Part shown: one piece after another, positions 59,744 to 64,000 of the stretch
Layout: each line of letters opens with the position of its first letter
Numbering within the stretch: the stretch's first letter is position 1
Origin: a virus
Virus record (IMG/VR): IMGVR_UViG_3300028844_005117
Span: 1-64,000 of that record
Reading direction: 5' to 3' (one strand)
Length of the DNA: 64,000 bases
Program-made: the position numbers and the translations under genes
Notes under the pieces: model-generated
What the model was told of the DNA's origin: nothing
What the model saw: only the letters and a program-made list of their open reading frames with translations
The model's database searches: none

Positions 59744-60299
59744 AATTAAAGTATTCTATATCTTCTTTGAAGATGTTTCTAACCAATTCAATGGTCTCCT
59801 TATCGTAATATTCTTTATAATCCCCTCTATCACTCTTTTTATGGTGTGGTATATTATTAATCTGTATTCCGACTTTATTACCAATTGTTTTAACCTCAGT
59901 GTTATAATCCTCAAATCTAGCAATATAGTCAACTAATAATTCTCCATTATCGTCAGTAATCCAAGATTTCTGTGATTTAATTAATATATCATACCATTGA
60001 TTATCCCTATTACAAAAACCAACCACGAATTCTTTAAATGAATTTGGAATCGTTTTCTTAAGGTGTTGATTCTCTGATTCTGAACCAAATTTATAATAAT
60101 GATAAATCGAAACCAACCTATCCCATGGATTTCTAACAAAGGTAAACTTTAAATAATCATCCCAAACGTCTGAATAACTTTCCTTGGCAACAACTCCATT
60201 TAAATGTTGAACTCCCTTCATCCCTAATACGGTTTCAATTGAACTACCACCAGTCTTAGGTATGTGAATTATTATTGTTTTTAGTTTATGAGAAATCAT
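59733..60299 (-). CDS. sulfotransferase family 2 protein
   Basis: IHIPKTGGSSI (5'-PSB) and FVRNPWDRLVS (3'-PB). Confidence 0.9.
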   Translation of the reverse strand: MISHKLKTIIIHIPKTGGSSIETVLGMKGVQHLNGVVAKESYSDVWDDYLKFTFVRNPWDRLVSIYHYYKFGSESENQHLKKTIPNSFKEFVVGFCNRDNQWYDILIKSQKSWITDDNGELLVDYIARFEDYNTEVKTIGNKVGIQINNIPHHKKSDRGDYKEYYDKETIELVRNIFKEDIEYFNYEY

Positions 60300-60946
60300 A
60301 TTTTATCATATTTTTTAAATACAGTAAACTCAGTTAAGTCTCTATAACCGTTATCTTCACCTAAATCTGGAACATGCTCTGGATAGTTCTGCATTAGGGA
60401 TAGACCGTGAGCAGCTTCTTGTGGTGTCATGTACATATTCCACCCAAGCATTTTAATATCATCTTCATGGTATAATTTCTCACTTCTACCTTCATATCTA
60501 GCAGTCTTAAACCACTCAACAGCATCAGCATCATTAGTTAAGATTACCCCACCCTTCCCAATCTTGAGGTGTTTCTTGATATGAAATGATAAACACATGA
60601 AAGTGTCTTTAATATACATGTCACTAGTGAAGCGTTTAGCCGCATCATAAATTGGATACGGAGCTAATTGATAAATCCCCCTCCAATTATTGGTTTTGAA
60701 TGATGTATCAAATACTAAATTATGTCCAGAGTGAATCACCGATTGTGGAACCGATAAATATGTCTTACTAGGTATGATAACATCTTTGTTATTACCTAAG
60801 TGTTTTTGATACATTAAACACAAGAATAATGCATTGGTACAGCTATCAACAGATACTGCATATTTAGCTCCTGTGTATTCAGCAACTGATTCTTCAAACA
60901 TCTTTACGATATTATAAGGGTTGTGTTTCTTTCTATCAAATCCCAT
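60296..60946 (-). CDS. short DegT/DnrJ-family PLP aminotransferase
   Basis: VDSCTNAL, DAA, SFHIKK...GKGG. Confidence 0.8.
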   Translation of the reverse strand: MGFDRKKHNPYNIVKMFEESVAEYTGAKYAVSVDSCTNALFLCLMYQKHLGNNKDVIIPSKTYLSVPQSVIHSGHNLVFDTSFKTNNWRGIYQLAPYPIYDAAKRFTSDMYIKDTFMCLSFHIKKHLKIGKGGVILTNDADAVEWFKTARYEGRSEKLYHEDDIKMLGWNMYMTPQEAAHGLSLMQNYPEHVPDLGEDNGYRDLTEFTVFKKYDKI

Positions 60947-61739
60947 GTGGTGTAAATTTAGCTTTTGTTGGAAGTAAGAATTTCATAAATTCCACCTCAT
61001 CTTTAGTTCTTTTTTTGGTATATGTTCTAGTGTCTACATCAAAGTAAGATAATTCATCATCTAGATTAAATTTGTCAACACTATCAACAATTTTAATGGT
61101 TGAGTGTGCATCGAAGTCAAATAAGTGTTCAACCATCTTATCCATTTTCTCATCTATTGTTACATGATTGAACTGAGGTCCTACTTTATCAGTTATATCC
61201 TTTGCTGGTGTCCCAGCATATACATGATTATATTCCATATCTTTAGTTATAACAGAACCAACCAATGCCATTGCTTTATCAGCAATAGTAACTGGTGAAA
61301 CAATGCAGTGCCCAACCAACCAAACATCGTTGCCGATATTTAATTCATCATTGGACATGAATCGATTACCTTCAAGCATATCACCATAAAGGATGTGTGA
61401 CCATAATTGAGAATTAGCTCCAATACCAACATTATTACCTATTGTTGTACCACCAATACAATCCATTATTGTAAATTGACCAACCCAGCAGTTATGACCC
61501 ATCTTAAATGGTTTGTAACCGTGTATATTACAATGATGGTGTATCTTACTATAATCACCTATTTCTACATCATCACAGATGATTTCAACGTTATGACCAA
61601 TGTAAACATTATCCCCAAGAACTACTCTCTTAGCAGCACCATCAATACCCCTAATCTTCGCTGATGGGTCAATAAATGTACCCTCACCAATAATTAATTC
61701 CTCAACATGAATGTTTCCATTATTCATTACCATATACAA
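60936..61739 (-). CDS. hexapeptide-repeat acyltransferase
   Basis: IGxx left-handed beta-helix repeats; GSVITKD...YAGTPAK. Confidence 0.85.
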   Translation of the reverse strand: MYMVMNNGNIHVEELIIGEGTFIDPSAKIRGIDGAAKRVVLGDNVYIGHNVEIICDDVEIGDYSKIHHHCNIHGYKPFKMGHNCWVGQFTIMDCIGGTTIGNNVGIGANSQLWSHILYGDMLEGNRFMSNDELNIGNDVWLVGHCIVSPVTIADKAMALVGSVITKDMEYNHVYAGTPAKDITDKVGPQFNHVTIDEKMDKMVEHLFDFDAHSTIKIVDSVDKFNLDDELSYFDVDTRTYTKKRTKDEVEFMKFLLPTKAKFTPHGI

Positions 61740-62518
61740 TTCTTATTTAAGTAATTTCTACCTTGTTTTAACCAATATTCAGATAGGTAAGCTCTACTAC
61801 CTTTCCAACCTTCCATCTTCATTAATGGATTTAATGTACTTCCAATGTCTATATATGTGTTTGTATCGTTCGCCTCATATAGTTGGTGAATGATGACGTT
61901 ACTAAGACTACCACAAGATACTAGAAATACATGATTCTCAATACCTTCCTTTTCAATATAATCCTTTAATACATCCACTAAAAAGTAATCGTTTATAAAA
62001 CAATTGGACCCGACTCTAAAACTCTTCTTAACGTCGAATGGTAATTCATTTAATTTTGCAATTTCATTAACAACCATTATAATTTCTTTATCCTTGAATA
62101 ACGGTACAATTTCATCCATGAATTTCTCATAGTTACCATTATTCCATAGATTTGCCCATGTAAGACTTTCATCCGTATTATCAGTACCATGCAAATCTAA
62201 CTGCCAATTAAAATCTGTATCACCAACACAGCATCTACAGCTAATACCCTTGTAGTAATTATCCTTTTTAAATTGTAGGGAATCTATTAATTTTTGTCTG
62301 TTGAATTGGTGTTCCTCTGGGATGAATTTTTTTTGTTCTTCTTTATTATACCATCCACTACGTTGGACACCATCTAATGACCAAAAGTTTTCAGCTAATT
62401 CAACTGGTCTGTTTTGTAATGTATGTAATTCACCATCAGAAAATCTAGCAAAGGCAAAATTCTCACCCTTAACTAATTTATCTTTTAATTTATTAAAATC
62501 CTCTTTAAAATCTTTCAT
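61727..62518 (-). CDS. GT-D fold (DUF1792-like) glycosyltransferase
   Basis: FARFSDGE...YIDIGS. Confidence 0.7.
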   Translation of the reverse strand: MKDFKEDFNKLKDKLVKGENFAFARFSDGELHTLQNRPVELAENFWSLDGVQRSGWYNKEEQKKFIPEEHQFNRQKLIDSLQFKKDNYYKGISCRCCVGDTDFNWQLDLHGTDNTDESLTWANLWNNGNYEKFMDEIVPLFKDKEIIMVVNEIAKLNELPFDVKKSFRVGSNCFINDYFLVDVLKDYIEKEGIENHVFLVSCGSLSNVIIHQLYEANDTNTYIDIGSTLNPLMKMEGWKGSRAYLSEYWLKQGRNYLNKNCIW

Positions 62519-63234
62519 TACTTTGCATTTATTATCTTAAATCCATTTCCAATTAAATGTTTATAATATTTATTCATCAACTCAATATTAGCTGGAATCA
62601 ATGATAAACCATTTTTCTCAGTTCCCATTTCCCAACCCTTAAGGCTACTCCACATCTCCTTTGCATGTTCTGGGTGTGGTGGGACATATGTGTTAATACC
62701 TAAGTATTTTTGAAGCATATAAGAAAAATGCATATCTTCCCCAACAACATTAAAACCTTCTGGTGGTAATTCTCTAAACATAGTTGAGAGCCATTCTCGT
62801 TTGAAAAACCAAGCGTGTCCAACTATATCAACTTGGACTGGTTTGTTGTTGGGGTTAGCCCATCCAAATCTAGTGTTTGGTAAATAACCATTTTCAGAGT
62901 TATAAACTAACCCAATACCACCTAATAAACCTTCATGACTTTTCATCGTATTGAGGCAGTTTTCAAACCACATAGGACCTGGTATTGTATCATCATCAAA
63001 TACACAAATATACTCAGTTTTAGCATTTAAAGCATATGCGAATCTAGCCCATACACCAAAGTTTTTATTTGATGAAGCTGTAGTCAATTTCGATGTTAAT
63101 TCTGGGTCAAATCCCTCAGAACTATTTTGCCAAAGCATTATCTCAGCTGGCTCCACCGTTTGATTTTGAATCGCCTCTACTTGTTCTTTAAGAAATTGTG
63201 GTCTTTTATAACCATTTAAAATTGCTGTAATCAT
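62518..63234 (-). CDS. GT2-family glycosyltransferase
   Basis: ILNGYKRP, VFDDD, GED. Confidence 0.8.
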   Translation of the reverse strand: MITAILNGYKRPQFLKEQVEAIQNQTVEPAEIMLWQNSSEGFDPELTSKLTTASSNKNFGVWARFAYALNAKTEYICVFDDDTIPGPMWFENCLNTMKSHEGLLGGIGLVYNSENGYLPNTRFGWANPNNKPVQVDIVGHAWFFKREWLSTMFRELPPEGFNVVGEDMHFSYMLQKYLGINTYVPPHPEHAKEMWSSLKGWEMGTEKNGLSLIPANIELMNKYYKHLIGNGFKIINAK

Positions 63235-64000
63235 TGTACGATTTCTTTATACTCTTCTATTATTTCTTGAGCAACATTATCTGCTCTAAATTTATCAATA
63301 TCATCTGGTACTTGATGTAATTCCTTACCTTTGATGTGTCCAGAAGAATCTACATCATAAATCCACCCAGCTTTACCACATAACCAACCTTCGATAGTTG
63401 TTCTACCTAATAGAATTCCAGCAGTTTCATCACACTTCTGTACAAATTTTTCTACAGACCCACTTGGTCCATGATAAGTAACATGGTCATTATCACCAAT
63501 TAAATCAGAAGCTAACACACCATTTTCCTTCCCAACAATCCAAAGTTCTTTTCCGTCAGCCTTAGTTGTTGATATTAAATCTCTAAGAGTTTCTTCACGT
63601 AAGTAATCTAAGGTTCCAACAAATAAAACAATTGGTTTCTCATTCTTACTTTCAACAACTTTAAAACGCTTATAGTCAATTGGGTTGTAAACCACATCAA
63701 TCATATCCTCAGCAATCTCGAAGCGTTCCATTAAAAAGTCTTTAATTTCTGGTCTAATTGCTATGTATTTTTTAATTTGCGGGTTAATAATTGGATGTTC
63801 AAGGTCAATAACCTCAGAATGTATTGAACAAATAGTATCTGTGTCTGGGTATAACTTTAATAAATGTTCAGTAATTGGTTTATGATTTAAATGTAATACA
63901 TCAAATTGAACATCTTGAATCTTGTATAGGTGATTCTTTACTGATTTAACTTGACCGTTAGGTGTGTTAAGTACCCATTCACCATCACCTAATTTGTAGC
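63231..64000 (-). CDS. GT-B glycosyltransferase (5' end outside window)
   Basis: LFVGT, GRTTIEGWLCG; frame open to the window end. Confidence 0.75.
   Translation of the reverse strand, partial: YKLGDGEWVLNTPNGQVKSVKNHLYKIQDVQFDVLHLNHKPITEHLLKLYPDTDTICSIHSEVIDLEHPIINPQIKKYIAIRPEIKDFLMERFEIAEDMIDVVYNPIDYKRFKVVESKNEKPIVLFVGTLDYLREETLRDLISTTKADGKELWIVGKENGVLASDLIGDNDHVTYHGPSGSVEKFVQKCDETAGILLGRTTIEGWLCGKAGWIYDVDSSGHIKGKELHQVPDDIDKFRADNVAQEIIEEYKEIVQ

Noticed and set aside
1-64000. Stop-codon reassignment, as found in some Bacteroidota jumbo phages
   Set aside because: Conserved genes are full length in the standard code, and TAA, TAG and TGA all end genes

Overview
AT-rich segment of a large T4-like (myovirus-type) jumbo bacteriophage genome in the standard genetic code. 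The host is probably in Bacteroidota: recurrent TAnnTTTG promoter boxes and A-rich leaders without Shine-Dalgarno sequences. Layout: (1) 1-22 kb accessory/early genes (YopX, HNH and PD-(D/E)XK nucleases, thioredoxin, LRR protein, YkuK RNase H-like, ABC-ATPase/GNAT, lytic transglycosylase, ClpC, KTSC, ThyA); (2) 22-38.5 kb head module (internal/virion proteins, ATPase-only terminase paralog, TerL, portal, prohead protease, scaffold, major capsid protein); (3) 40.5-46.6 kb minus-strand structural/baseplate genes and a gp55-like sigma factor; (4) 46.6-64 kb glycan biosynthesis/modification cluster. Most notable: an early minus-strand operon (1.3-3.1 kb) of small proteins built from pieces of the phage's own structural proteins. 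It encodes a permuted mini-capsid protein with a 39-nt exact copy of MCP DNA, a neighbour carrying the MCP C-terminal motif and the same IKTNRxxLxIG tail, and a terminase-ATPase-like mini domain. Also seen: two candidate -1 frameshift/slippage fusions, hairpins occluding late-gene start codons, a TATTTATA late promoter, and short deletions in ClpC and PhoH that may be assembly artefacts. No tRNA, rRNA, CRISPR array or IS element was recognised. All family calls come from motifs read by eye; no database search was run.
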